Shown: piece after piece, positions 41,801 through 56,913 of the stretch | Layout of the letters: each line of letters starts with the position of its first letter | How positions within the stretch are numbered: the first letter of the stretch is position 1 | From: Nemertoderma westbladi | Taxonomy: Eukaryota > Animalia > Xenacoelomorpha | Length of the DNA: 64,000 nucleotides | Assembly (NCBI GenBank): GCA_032718475.1 | Contig: JAUCBJ010000459.1 | Location: 1 to 64,000 of the forward strand | Reading direction: 5' to 3' | The notes under the pieces: generated by a model | What the model was told of the DNA's origin: nothing | Databases searched by the model: none | Seen by the model: the letters and a program-made list of their open reading frames with translations, nothing else | Position numbers and translations under genes: made by a program

Positions 41801-44800
41801 GGTAAGTACAAACATGAGTATACCACGGTTAGTACAAGCATAGAGTATACCACGGTTAGTACAAGCATAGAGTATACCACGGTTAGTACAAGCATGTAGA
41901 GTGTACCACGGTTAGTACAAACATAGAGTATACCACGGTAAGTACAAGCATATAGTATACCACGGTTAGTACAAACATAGAGTATACCACGGTTAGTACA
42001 AGCATATAGTATACCACGGTTAGTACAAGCATATAGTATACCACAGTTAGTACAAACATAGAGTATACCACGGTAAGTACAAGCATATAGTATACCACGG
42101 TTAGTACAAACATAGAGTATACCACGGTTAGTACAAGCATATAGTATACGACGGTTAGTACAAACATAGAGTATACCACGGTTAGTACAAGCATATAGTA
42201 TACCACGGTTAGTACAAGCATATAGTATACCACGCTTAGTACAAACATAGAGTATACCACGGTTAGTACAAACATAGAGTATACCACGGTTAGTACAAGC
42301 ATATAGTATACCACGGTTAGTACAAACATAGAGTATACCACGGTAAGTACAAGCATATAGTATACCACGGTTAGTACAAGCATATAGTATACCACGGTTA
42401 GTACAAGCATATAGTATACCACGGTTAGTACAAACATAGAGTATTCCACGGTAAGTACAAGCATAGAGTATACCACGGTAAGTACAAGCATATAGTATAC
42501 CACGGTAAGTACAAGCATATAGTATACCACGGTTAGTATACAAGCATATAGTTTACCACGGTTAGTACAAACATAGAGTATACCACGGTTAGTACAAGCA
42601 TATAGTATACCACGGTTAGTACAAACATAGAGTATACCACGGTTAGTACAAGCATAGAGTATACCACGGTTTGTACAAGCATAGAGTATACCACGGTAAG
42701 TACAAGCATATAGTATACCACGGTTAGTACAAGCATATAGTATACCACGGTTAGTATACAAGCATATAGTTTACCACGGTTAGTACAAACATAGAGTATA
42801 CCACGGTTAGTACAAACATAGAGTATACCACGGTTAGTACAAGCATATAGTATACCACGGTTAGTACAAGCATAGAGTATACCACGGTTAGTACAAGCAT
42901 ATAGTATACCACGGTTAGTACAAACATAGAGTATACCGCGGTTAGTACAAGCATATAGTATACCACGGTTAGTACAAGCATATAGTATACCACGGTTAGT
43001 ACAAACATAGAGTATACCACGGTAAGTACAAGCATATAGTATACCACGGTTAGTACAAGCATATAGTATACCACGGTTAGTACAAGCATATAGTATACCA
43101 CGGTTAGTACAAGCATATAGTATACCACGGTTAGTACAAACATAGAGTATACCACGGTAAGTACAAGCATATAGTATACCACGGTTAGTACAAGCATATA
43201 GTTTACCACGGTTAGTACAAGCATAGAGTATACCACGGTAAGTACAAACATAAGAGTATACCACGGTTAGTACAAGCATAGAGTATACCACGGTTAGTAC
43301 AAGCATAGAGTATACCACGGTAAGTACAAACATAGAGTATACCACGGTTAGTACAAGCATGTAGAGTGTACCACGGTTAGTACAAGCATAGAGTATACCA
43401 CGGTAAGTACAAACATAAGAGTATACCACGGTTAGTACAAACATAGAGTATACCACGGTTAGTACAAGCATATAGTATACCACGGTTAGTACAAGCATAT
43501 AGTATACCACGGTTAGTACAAACATAGAGTGTACCACGGTAAGTACAAGCATATAGTATACCACGGTTAGTACAAGCATATAGTATACCACGGTTAGTAC
43601 AAGCATATAGTATACCACGGTTAGTACAAACATAGAGTATTCCACGGTAAGTACAAGCATAGAGTATACCACGGTAAGTACAAGCATATAGTATACCACG
43701 GTAAGTACAAGCATATAGTATACTACGGTTAGTATACAAGCATATAGTTTACCACGGTTAGTACAAACATAGAGTATACCGCGGTTAGTACAAGCATATA
43801 GTATACCACGGTTAGTACAAGCATATAGTATACCACGGTTAGTACAAACATAGAGTATACCACGGTAAGTACAAGCATATAGTATACCACGGTTAGTACA
43901 AGCATAGAGTATACCACGGTTAGTACAAGCATATAGTATACCACGGTTAGTACAAACATAGAGTATACCGCGGTTAGTACAAGCATATAGTATACCACGG
44001 TTAGTACAAGCATATAGTATACCACGGTTAGTACAAGCATAGAGTATACCACGGTTAGTACAAGCATATAGTATACCACGGTTAGTACAAACATAGAGTA
44101 TACCGCGGTTAGTACAAGCATATAGTATACCACGGTTAGTACAAGCATATAGTATACCACGGTTAGTACAAACATAGAGTATACCACGGTAAGTACAAGC
44201 ATATAGTATACCACGGTTAGTACAAGCATATAGTTTACCACGGTTAGTACAAGCATAGAGTATACCACGGTAAGTACAAACATAAGAGTATACCACGGTT
44301 AGTACAAGCATAGAGTATACCACGGTTAGTACAAGCATAGAGTATACCACGGTAAGTACAAACATAGAGTATACCACGGTTAGTACAAGCATGTAGAGTG
44401 TACCACGGTTAGTACAAGCATAGAGTATACCACGGTAAGTACAAACATAAGAGTATACCACGGTTAGTACAAACAGAGAGTATACCACGGTTAGTACAAG
44501 CATATAGTATACCACGGTTAGTACAAGCATATAGTATACCACGGTTAGTACAAACATAGAGTATACCACGGTAAGTACAAGCATATAGTATACCACGGTT
44601 AGTACAAGCATATAGTATACCACGGTTAGTACAAGCATATAGTATACCACGGTTAGTACAAACATAGAGTATTCCACGGTAAGTACAAGCATATAGTATA
44701 CCACGGTTAGTACAAGCATATAGTTTACCACGGTTAGTACAAGCATAGAGTATACCACGGTAAGTACAAACATAAGAGTATACCACGGTTAGTACAAGCA

Positions 44801-47800
44801 TAGAGTATACCACGGTTAGTACAAGCATAGAGTATACCACGGTAAGTACAAACATAGAGTATACCACGGTTAGTACAAGCATATAGTTTACCACGGTTAG
44901 TACAAGCATAGAGTATACCACGGTAAGTACAAACATAAGAGTATACCACGGTTAGTACAAACATAGAGTATACCACGGTTAGTACAAGCATATAGTATAC
45001 CACGGTTAGTACAAGCATATAGTATACCACGGTTAGTACAAACATAGAGTATACCACGGTAAGTACAAGCATATAGTATACCACGGTTAGTACAAGCATA
45101 TAGTATACCACGGTTAGTACAAGCATATAGTATACCACGGTTAGTACAAACATAGAGTATACCACGGTAAGTACAAGCATATAGTATACCACGGTTGGTA
45201 CAAGCATATAGTTTACCACGGTTAGTACAAGCATAGAGTATACCACGGTAAGTACAAACATAAGAGTATACCACGGTTAGTACAAGCATAGAGTATACCA
45301 CGGTTAGTACAAGCATAGAGTATACCACGGTAAGTACAAACATGAGTATACCACGGTTAGTACAAGCATAGAGTATACCACGGTTAGTACAAGCATAGAG
45401 TATACCACGGTTAGTACAAGCATGTAGAGTGTACCACGGTTAGTACAAACATAGAGTATATCACGGTAAGTACAAGCATATAGTATACCACGGTTAGTAC
45501 ACGGTAAGTACAAGCATATAGTATACCACGGTTAGTACAAACATAGAGTATACCACGGTTAGTACAAGCATATAGTATACCACGGTTAGTACAAGCATAT
45601 AGTATACCACAGTTAGTACAAACATAGAGTATACCACGGTAAGTACAAGCATATAGTATACCACGGTTAGTACAAACATAGAGTATACCACGGTTAGTAC
45701 AAGCATATAGTATACGACGGTTAGTACAAACATAGAGTATACCACGGTTAGTACAAGCATATAGTATACCACGGTTAGTACAAGCATATAGTATACCACG
45801 CTTAGTACAAACATAGAGTATACCACGGTTAGTACAAACATAGAGTATACCACGGTTAGTACAAGCATATAGTATACCACGGTTAGTACAAGCATATAGT
45901 ATACCACGGTTAGTACAAACATAGAGTATACCACGGTTAGTACAAGCATGTAGAGTGTACCACGGTTAGTACAAACATAGAGTATACCACGGTAAGTACA
46001 ATCATATAGTATACCACGGTTAGTACAAACATAGAGTATACCACTGTTAGTACAAGCATATAGTATACCACGGTTAGTACAAGCATATAGTATACCACGG
46101 TTAGTACAAACATAGAGTATACCACAGTAAGTACAAGCATATAGTATACCACGGTTAGTACAAACATAGAGTATACCACGGTTAGTACAAGCATATAGTA
46201 TACCACGGTTAGTACAAACATAGAGTATACCACGGTTAGTACAAGCATATAGTATACCACGGTTAGTACAAGCATATAGTATACCACGGTAAGTACAAGC
46301 ATAGAGTATACCACGGTTAGTACAAGCATGTAGAGTGTACCACGGTTAGTACAAACATAGAGTATACCACGGTAATTACAAGCATAGAGTATACCACGGT
46401 TAGTACAAGCATATAGTATACCACGGTTAGTACAAGCCTATAGTATACCACGGTTAGTACAAGCATAGAGTATACCACGGTTAGTACAAGCATAGAGTAT
46501 ACCACGGTTAGTACAAACATAGAGTATATCACGGTAAGTACAAACATAGAGTATACCGCGGTTAGTACAAGCATAGAGTATACCACGGTTAGTACAAGCA
46601 TAGAGTATTCCACGGTAAGTACAAGCATAGAGTATACCACGGTTAGTACAAGCATGTAGAGTGTACCGCGGTTAGTACAAACATAGAGTATACCACGGTA
46701 AGTACAAGCATATAGTATACCACGGTTAGTACAAACATAGAGTATACCACGGTTAGTACAAGCATATAGTATACCACGGTTAGTACAAGCATATAGTATA
46801 CCACGGTTAGTACAAGCATATAGTATACCACGGTTAGTACAAACATAGAGTATACCACGGTAAGCACAAGCATATAGTATACCACGGTTAGTACAAGCAT
46901 ATAGTATACCACGGTTAGTACAAGCATATAGTATACCACGGTTAGTACAAACCTAGAGTATACCACGGTAAGTACAAGCATATAGTATACCACGGTTAGT
47001 ACAAGCATATAGTTTACCACGGTTAGTACAAGCATAGAGTATACCACGGTAAGTACAAACATAGAGTATACCACGTTTAGTACAAGCATAGAGTATACCA
47101 CGGTTAGTATAAGCATAGAGTATACCACGGTAAGTACAAACATAGAGTATACCACGGTTAGTACAAGCATGTAGAGTGTACCGCGGTTAGTACAAACATA
47201 GAGTATACCACGGTAAGTACAAGCATATAGTATACCACGGTTAGTACAAGCATATAGTATACCACGGTTAGTACAAGCATATAGTATACCACGGTTAGTA
47301 CAAACATAGAGTATACCACGGTAAGTACAAGCATATAGTATACCACGGTTAGTACAAGCATATAGTTTACCACGGTTAGTACAAGCATAGAGTATACCAC
47401 GGTAAGTACAAACATAAGAGTATACCACGGTTAGTACAAGCATAGAGTATACCACGGTTAGTACAAGCATAGAGTATACCACGGTTAGTACAAGCATATA
47501 GTATACCACGGTAAGTACAAACATAGAGTATACCACGGTTAGTACAAGCATAGAGTATACCACGGTTAGTACAAGCATAGAGTATACCACGGTAAGTACA
47601 AACATGAGTATACCACGGTTAGTACAAGCATAGAGTATACCACGGTTAGTACAAGCATAGAGTATACCACGGTTAGTACAAGCATGTAGAGTGTACCACG
47701 GTTAGTACAAACATAGAGTATACCACGGTAAGTACAAGCATATAGTATACCACGGTTAGTACAAACATAGAGTATACCACGGTTAGTACAAGCATATAGT

Positions 47801-50080
47801 ATACCACGGTTAGTACAAGCATATAGTATACCACAGTTAGTACAAACATAGAGTATACCACGGTAAGTACAAGCATATAGTATACCACGGTTAGTACAAA
47901 CATAGAGTATACCACGGTTAGTACAAGCATATAGTATACGACGGTTAGTACAAACATAGAGTATACCACGGTTAGTACAAGCATATAGTATACCACGGTT
48001 AGTACAAGCATAGAGTATACCACGGTTAGTACAAACATAGAGTATACCACGGTTAGTACAAACATAGAGTATACCACGGTTAGTACAAGCATATAGTATA
48101 CCACGGTTAGTACAAGCATATAGTATACCACGGTTAGTACAAACATAGAGTATACCACGGTTAGTACAAGCATGTAGAGTGTACCACGGTTAGTACAAAC
48201 ATAGAGTATACCACGGTAAGTACAATCATATAGTATACCACGGTTAGTACAAACATAGAGTATACCACTGTTAGTACAAGCATATAGTATACCACGGTTA
48301 GTACAAGCATATAGTATACCACGGTTAGTACAAACATAGAGTATACCACAGTAAGTACAAGCATATAGTATACCACGGTTAGTACAAACATAGAGTATAC
48401 CACGGTTAGTACAAGCATATAGTATACCACGGTTAGTACAAACATAGAGTATACCACGGTTAGTACAAGCATATAGTATACCACGGTTAGTACAAGCATA
48501 TAGTATACCACGGTAAGTACAAGCATAGAGTATACCACGGTTAGTACAAGCATGTAGAGTGTACCACGGTTAGTACAAACATAGAGTATACCACGGTAAT
48601 TACAAGCATAGAGTATACCACGGTTAGTACAAGCATATAGTATACCACGGTTAGTACAAGCCTATAGTATACCACGGTTAGTACAAGCATAGAGTATACC
48701 ACGGTTAGTACAAGCATAGAGTATACCACGGTTAGTACAAACATAGAGTATACCACGGTAAGTACAAACATAGAGTATACCGCGGTTAGTACAAGCATAG
48801 AGTATACCACGGTTAGTACAAGCATAGAGTATTCCACGGTAAGTACAAGCATAGAGTATACCACGGTTAGTACAAGCATGTAGAGTGTACCGCGGTTAGT
48901 ACAAACATAGAGTATACCACGGTAAGTACAAGCATATAGTATACCACGGTTAGTACAAACATAGAGTATACCACGGTTAGTACAAGCATATAGTATACCA
49001 CGGTTAGTACAAGCATATAGTATACCACGGTTAGTACAAGCATATAGTATACCACGGTTAGTACAAACATAGAGTATACCACGGTAAGCACAAGCATATA
49101 GTATACCACGGTTAGTACAAGCATATAGTATACCACGGTTAGTACAAGCATATAGTATACCACGGTTAGTACAAACCTAGAGTATACCACGGTAAGTACA
49201 AGCATATAGTATACCACGGTTAGTACAAGCATATAGTTTACCACGGTTAGTACAAGCATAGAGTATACCACGGTAAGTACAAACATAGAGTATACCACGG
49301 TTAGTACAAGCATAGAGTATACCACGGTTAGTATAAGCATAGAGTATACCACGGTAAGTACAAACATAGAGTATACCACGGTTAGTACAAGCATAGAGTA
49401 TACCACGGTTAGTACAAGCATAGAGTATACCACTGTTAGTACAAGCATGTAGAGTGTACCACGGTTAGTACAAACATAGAGTATACCACGGTAAGTACAA
49501 GCATATAGTATACCACGGTTAGTACAAACTTAGAGTATACCACGGTTAGTACAAGCATATAGTATACCACGGTTAGTACAAGCATATAGTATACCACGGT
49601 TAGTACAAGCATATAGTATACCACGGTTAGTACAAGCATATAGTATACCACGGTTAGTACAAGCATATAGTATACCACGGTTAGTACAAACATAGAGTAT
49701 ACCACGGTAAGTACAAGCATATAGTATACCACGGTTAGTACAAGCATATAGTTTACCACGGTTAGTACAAGCATAGAGTATACCACGGTAAGTACAAACA
49801 TAAGAGTATACCACGGTTAGTACAAGCATAGAGTATACCACGGTTAGTACAAGCATAGAGTATACCACGGTAAGTACAAACATAGAGTATACCACGGTTA
49901 GTACAAGCATAGAGTATACCACGGTTTGTACAAGCATAGAGTATACCACGGTTAGTACAAGCATGTAGAGTGTACCACGGTTAGTACAAGCATAGAGTAT
50001 ACCACGGTAAGTACAAGCATATAGTATACCACGGTTAGTACAAACATAGAGTATACCACGGTTAGTACAAGCATATAGTA
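38811..50080. repeat. 27-bp satellite, ~11.3 kb (~415 copies from length/period)
   Basis: gtataccacggt(t/a)agtacaa(g/a)cata(g/t)a. Higher-order duplications at offsets 3528 and 2224 are visible from repeated ORF-track entries. Confidence 0.97.
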
Positions 50081-50092
50081 CAAGTACAAGTA

Positions 50093-50590
50093 CAATATTA
50101 GTCAGGCAATCTGTACCAGTACCATCTGTATCACTAACTAATAATATTAGTCAGGCAATCTGTACCATATGTAACACTAACTAATAATATTAGTCAGGCA
50201 ATCTGTACCAGTACCATATGTAACACTAACTAATAATATTAGTCAGGCAATCTGTACCATATGTAACACTAACTAATAATATTAGTCAGGCAATCTGAAC
50301 AAGTACCATATGTAACACTAACTAATAATATGAGTCAGGCAATCTGTACCATATGTAACACTAACTAATAATATTAGCCAGGCAATCTGTACAAGTACCA
50401 TATATAACACTAACTAATAATATTAGTCAAGCAATCTGTACCATATGTATGTAACGCTAACTAATAATATTAGTCAGGCAATCTGTTCCATATGTAACAC
50501 TAACTAATAATATTAGTCAGGCAATCTTACCATATGTAACACTAACTAATTATATTAGTCAGGCAATCTGTACAAGTACTATATGTAACC
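50093..50590. repeat. 43/50-bp minisatellite, ~11 copies
   Basis: aatattagtcaggcaatctgtacca(gtacca)tatgtaacactaactaat. Confidence 0.9.
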
Positions 50591-50599
50591 CGTCGGCCG

Positions 50600-52476
50600 T
50601 AACAACTGTTTCGCAACATGTAATAATGTACGACACAATGTACAACTGTTTATCAACATGTAATAATGTACGACGCAATGTACAACTGTTTCGCAACATG
50701 TAATAATGTCCCACACAATGTACAACTGTTTAGCAACATGTAATAATGTACGACGCAATGTACAACTGTTTAGCAACATGTAATAATGTCCCACATAATG
50801 TACAACATTTTAGCAACATGTAATAATGTACAACATTTTAGCAACATGTAATAATGTACAACGCAATGTACAACTGTTTCGCAACATGTAATAATCTCCC
50901 ACACAATGTACAACTGTTTAGCAACATGTAATAATGTACGACGCAATGTACAACTGTTTAGCAACATGTAATAATGTACGACGCAATGTACAACTGTTTA
51001 GCAACATGTAATAATGTACGACACAATGTACAACTGTTTAGCAACATGTAATAATGTACGACGCAATGTACAACTGTTTCTCAACATGTAATAATGTCGC
51101 ACGCAATGTACAACTGTTTAGCAACATGTAATTATGTACGACGCAATGTACAACTGTTTAGCTACATGTAATAATGTACGACACAATGTACAACTGTTTC
51201 GCAACATGTAATAATGTCCCACACAATGTACAACTGTTTCGCAACATGTAATAATCTCCCACACAATGTACAACTGTTTAGCAACATGTAATAATGTACG
51301 ACGCAATGTACAACTGTTTAGCAACATGTAATAATGTACGACGCAATGTACAACTGTTTAGCAACATGTAATAATGTACGACACAATGTACAACTGTTTC
51401 GCAACATGTAATAATGTCCCACACAAAGTACAACTGTTTAGCAACATGTAATAATGTACGACGCAATGTACAACTGTTTCGCAACATGTAATAATGTACG
51501 ACGCAATGTACAACTGTTTAGCAACATGTAATAATGTACGACGCAATGTACAACTGTTTAGCAACATGTAATAATGTACGAAGCAATGTACAACTGTTTA
51601 GCAACATGTTATAATGTCCCACGCAATGTACAACTGTTTAGCAACATGTAATAATGTACGACGCAATGTACAACTGTTTAGCAACATGTAATAATGTACG
51701 ACGCAATGTACAACTGTTTAGCAACATGTAATAATGTACGATGCAATGTACAACTGTTTCGCAACATGTAATAATGTACGACGCATTGCAGAACTGTTTA
51801 GCAACATGTAATAATGTACGACGCAATATACAACTTTTTAGCAACATGTAATAATGTACTACGCAATGTACAACTGTTTAGCAACATGTAATAATGTACG
51901 ACGCAATGTACAACTGTTTAGCAACATGCAATAATGTACGACGCAATATACAACGGTTTTGTAACATGTAATAATGTACGACGCAATGTACAACTGTTTC
52001 GCAACATGTAATAATGTACGACGCAATGTACAACTGTTTAGCAACATGTAATAATGTACGACACAATGTACAACTGTTTCGTAACATTTAATAATGTACA
52101 ACGCAATGCACAACTGTTTCGTAACATGTAATAATGTACGACGCAATGTACAACTGTTTCGCAACATGTAATAATGTACGACGCAATGTACAACTGTTTC
52201 GCAACATGTAATAATGTACGACACAATGTACAACTGTTTAGCAACATGTAATAATGTACGACGCAATGTACAACTGTTTCGCAACATGTAATAATGTCCC
52301 ACACAATGTACAACTGTTTAGCAACATGTAATAATGTACGACGCAATGTACAACTGTTTCGCAACATGTAATAATGTACGACGCAATGTACAACTGTTTA
52401 GCAACATGTAATAATGTACGACACAATGTACAACTGTTTAGCAACATGTAATAATGTACGACGCAATGTACAACTG
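50600..52476. repeat. 40-bp satellite, ~47 copies
   Basis: caactgttt(a/c)gcaacatgtaataatgtacgacgcaatgta. Confidence 0.95.
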
Positions 52477-53062
52477 GGTGAACCATCTCTACCTGAGTAA
52501 ACAAACTCTATGTGGGTGAACCATCTGTACCTGAGTAAACAAACTCTATCTGGGTGAACCATCTCTAACAGAGTGAACCATCTCTACCTGAGTGAACCAT
52601 TTCTACCTGAGTAAACAAACTCTATTTATGTGAACCATCTCTACCAGAGGGAACTATCTCTACCAGAGTAAACCATCTCTACCTGAGTGAACAAACTCTA
52701 TCTGGGTGAACCATCTATAACAGAGTGAACCATATCTACCTGAGTGAACCATTTCTACCTGAGTAAACCATTTCTACCTGAGTGAACAAACTCTATCTGG
52801 GTGAACCATCTCTACCTGAGTGAACCATCTCTACCTGGGTGAACAAACTCTATCGAGGTGAACCATCTCTACCTGAGTTAACAAACTCTATGTGGGTGAA
52901 CCATCTGTACCTGAGTAAACAAACTCTATCTAGGTGAACCATCTCTAACAGAATGAACTATCTCTACCTGAGTGAACAAACTCTAATTGGGTGAACCATC
53001 TCTACCTGAGTGAACCATTTCTACCTGAGTGAACAAACTCTATCTGGGTGAACCATCTCTAT
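52477..53062. repeat. Second, more degenerate GTGAAC-family satellite block
   Basis: Same units and orientation as 20047-26800. Confidence 0.9.
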
Positions 53063-53072
53063 TCTCTACTGA

Positions 53073-53672
53073 ATAATGAATAACGACACCACACTTACTC
53101 CCAATGTTGGTAATTCATCAATGTTGGTTGTTATCTGTAATGAATAGAGACACCACACTTACTCCCAATGTTGGTAACTCATCAATCTTGGCTGTTACCT
53201 GTAATGAATAGAGACACCACACTTACTCCCAATGTTGGTAAATCATCAATCTTGGCTGTTACCTGTAATGAATAGAGACACCACACTTACTCCCAATGTT
53301 GGTAACTCATCAATGTTGGTTAATATCTGTAATGAATAGAGACACCACACTTACTCCCAATGTTGGTAAATCATCAATCTTGGTTGTTATATGTAATGAA
53401 TAGATACACCACACTTACTCCCAATTTTGGTAAATCATCAATATTGGCTGTTACCTCTAATGAATAGAGACATCACACTTACTCCCAATGTTGGTAACTC
53501 ATCAATGTTGGTTGTTATCTGTAATGAATAGAGACACCACACTTACTCCCAATGTTGGTAACTCATCTATATTGGCTGTTACCTGTAATGAATAGAGACA
53601 CCACACTCACTCCCAATGTTGGTAACTGATCAATGTTGGCTGTTACCTGTAATGAATAGAGACACTACACTT
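53073..53672. repeat. 64-bp minisatellite, ~9 copies
   Basis: gtaatgaatagagacaccacacttactcccaatgttggtaa... at 53137, 53201 and onward. Confidence 0.92.
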
Positions 53673-56600
53673 AGTGTTGTGGGTCTTAGGTTATGTGGGT
53701 TAATGCTGTGGGTTGTAAGTGTTGTGGATTTTATTATTGTTGGGTGCAGTTATTCATATGCTGCATGATGTTTGTGAATCTTTTCTTTCTAGCACATGTC
53801 AAATATAACATGACACTAACTTCCTTCCATTAGTAGGATATTCCAGGTCTGGAGGTATCCAATATAGGTCACTTCAGGTCTGGTTGGATTCGCCAAGGTA
53901 CTGGATTCGCCAAGATTCGCCAAACAATTCCCCTGATACATGTCTGGATATATTTCTCACTGGACCACCGCTAGGCAATACATAATAAATGTTGCCTCGA
54001 TTTGTCTCAGATTTTTAGGCACTTGAGAATTGCATCAATCATCATCCATTATCCCATATAACTTGAGATAGATTAGGACTGGATGTGATTCAGACTGGAC
54101 CACCGCTAGGCAATACATAATTAATGTTGCCCCGATTTGTCTCACATTGAACATATTTAAATGTGTGTGCATGTTAATTGTTTTATACAATTGGTACATA
54201 CATATTCCATGGGTCATTTTAACACAATTTTATTGTAATTTATCACAGTCAATTATTCGAATTACTGATGCAGTTGAGTCATCCTATTTATGGTTAGCAT
54301 ATGCAGTTTGACACCTTATTGACAGTTTACTGATTTAATAACCCAATAATTCATTGTCATGTCCCTGTATCCACTACTTTGATGTGATATGGCGCTCCGG
54401 TCACTCCGTTCCCTCCGCTGGATTGTAAAAGTAATTAGTAAAGAAACATTCTTTATAACATATTATGACATTATTTTACATCTCATAAAAACTACAGAGA
54501 ATATAAAAAATCCGAGTTTATGGTTAGAAGCGTGTTACAATAATGAAAACTTCTTACACTTAAAGTTTTTCCTTACCAATTATAGTTTTCAAGAGAGTCT
54601 GACATGAGTAGCAAAATTATAATTTTTTTTTTGTAAAGTCTGATTTTACCGGTACCTGTCATCCGAAATATGGATTGTGATATACCGTTGGATGCGGGTC
54701 CCCTAACTGTACAATCACATTTTTTCAAAAAAAAAATTCCATCAACGGTTCTCGAAATATTATCGAATTACCGGAAGCAGACTTTGGACGACCATATCTC
54801 CGGTACCGGTAGGCCTATTGAGTTGAATTTTGTTTTAACTTACTCAGAACGTTCCAGTGAATGTTTCTTATTTAGAAATGTTTGTCTGAAAATGCATACA
54901 TCAGATTTCTTAAAAACTGATCTTTTGCGATCATGATCTTTTGACCCTCTAGAATTGAACTTTTTTATGCCCAAATTTTGGCTACCCCCCCTAATTCGAG
55001 GGTGAGGAATCTTTTTGTGATGTTAAGTTTTTCCATACGGTGAACTCACCGGACTTGCTCTTTGAAATAAAACCAAAAACACGATCTTTCCTGATCGCTG
55101 CCTGATCAAATCACTTTTTGTAAATTTCGAAATACTCAAAAGTTGCCGCTTCTTAATAGAAGTCGATTAGTAAAAAAAAAATCGGGGGTCTCAAACAAAG
55201 TTTTCGAGAAAATTGGAAAAAACCGAAAAACACGATCTTTTACGATCAGGTAGCATATCTCGAGATCCGGTTGTCCGATCGAGCCAATTTTTTTTTTAAT
55301 CAACTCAGAATGGACCAGGAAACATTTCTTACAATGAATGTTTATTAGAAAAATGATTAGATTAGATTTTAAAAGTACTGATCTGTTCGCGATCATGATC
55401 TTGAGTTTTGACCCACTAGACTTGAACTTTTTTATGCCCAAATTTTGGCTACCCCCCCTAATTCGAGGGTGAGGAATCTTTTTGCGATGTTAAGTTTTTC
55501 CATACGGTGAACTCACAGGACTTGCTCTTTGAAATAAAACCGAAAACACGATCTTTTCTGATCACGGCCTGATCAAATCGCTTTTTGAAAATTTCGAAAT
55601 ATACAAAAGGTGCCCCTTAACCATAGAAGTCGATTCGTAAAAAAAAAATCGGGGGTCTCAAACAAAGTTTTCGAGAAAAATCTAAAAAACTAAAAAAACA
55701 TGATCTTTTATGATCAGGTATCAGATCTCGAGAACCAGTTGTCCGATCGAGCCAATTTTTTTTTTAATCGACTCAGGGCGGTGCCCCGAAGGTTTCTTAC
55801 AGTAATTGTTTAATCCGAAAGTGCTTAGTTACGTTTTTATTAAAGTCCGATCTTTGCCGATCATGATCTTGAGTTTTGACCCACTAGACTTGAACTTTTT
55901 TATGCCCAAATTTTGGCTACCCCCCCTAAGTCGAGGGTGAGGAATCTTTTTGTGATGTGAGGTTTTTCCATACGGTGAACTCACAGGACTTGGTCTTCAA
56001 AATAAAACCGAAAACACGATCTTTTCTGATCGCGGCCTGATCAAATCACTTTTTGAAAATTTCGAAATGCACAAAATGTGCCCCTTCTTATTAGAAGTCG
56101 ATTCGTAAAAAAAAAATCGGGGGTCTCGATGATAGTTTTCGAGAAAATTAAAAAAAACCAAAAAACACGATCTTTTTCGATCAGGAAGCATATCTCGAGA
56201 ACCGGTTGTCCGATCGTGCCAATTTTTTTTTTAATCGACTCAGGGCGGTGTTCTGAAGGTTTCTTACAGTAATTGTTTATATCCAAAATGCTTAGTTACG
56301 ATTTTACGATGTCCGATCTTTGCGCGATCCGGATCTTGCGTTTTGATCGGGAAGACTTCACTTTTTTTAATTTTTTTTAACGGGAATCATAACTAATGTG
56401 GGGTCGATGAATCTTTTTGTAATGTTAAGTTTTTCGATTGGAGCAAGCCTTGAGTGTCCGATTGCTGATCAAAACTGATCTTTGCTGATCGCGGTCAAGA
56501 TCATGTTCGGATCGCTCCAAAAAAGATCATTTAAATGTTAACCCATATGCTGCCTATCGATTGGCGCCGGTCCCAACTCCATAGCATTAGCCGTTTTGGC

Positions 56601-56913
56601 TGTAGCTCCCTAGCAACGGCGGTTGCCAAGGAACCCGTTTTTTCGCCTCAAATTGGCCCTAGCCGGAGAACCGTTGAGATTCACGAGTCGCCGAGTTTCA
56701 CTAAAAGTCTTGTAATTAAATTTTGGGGGGGGGTCTAGGAACATTTTATTGGTGGTTTTGGCCTAGTTCTCGAGATAACCTTCTCAGCCGTTTTTTGGGA
56801 CCCTGCCAAATATTCCGAAGCCAGTTCAGCGAGATGGCCGTCGTCGGGCTTTGGGCCGGAGTGATGTTAGTAGTCCTACGGACATTATACCTGTCGGTGA
56901 ACGGCCCATACAT

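Noticed and set aside
38781-52504. Long ORFs such as (YACTNRGIL)n and (MLVLTVVYS)n
   Set aside because: Products of the 27-bp and 40-bp satellites, broken by indel monomers; no evidence of coding.
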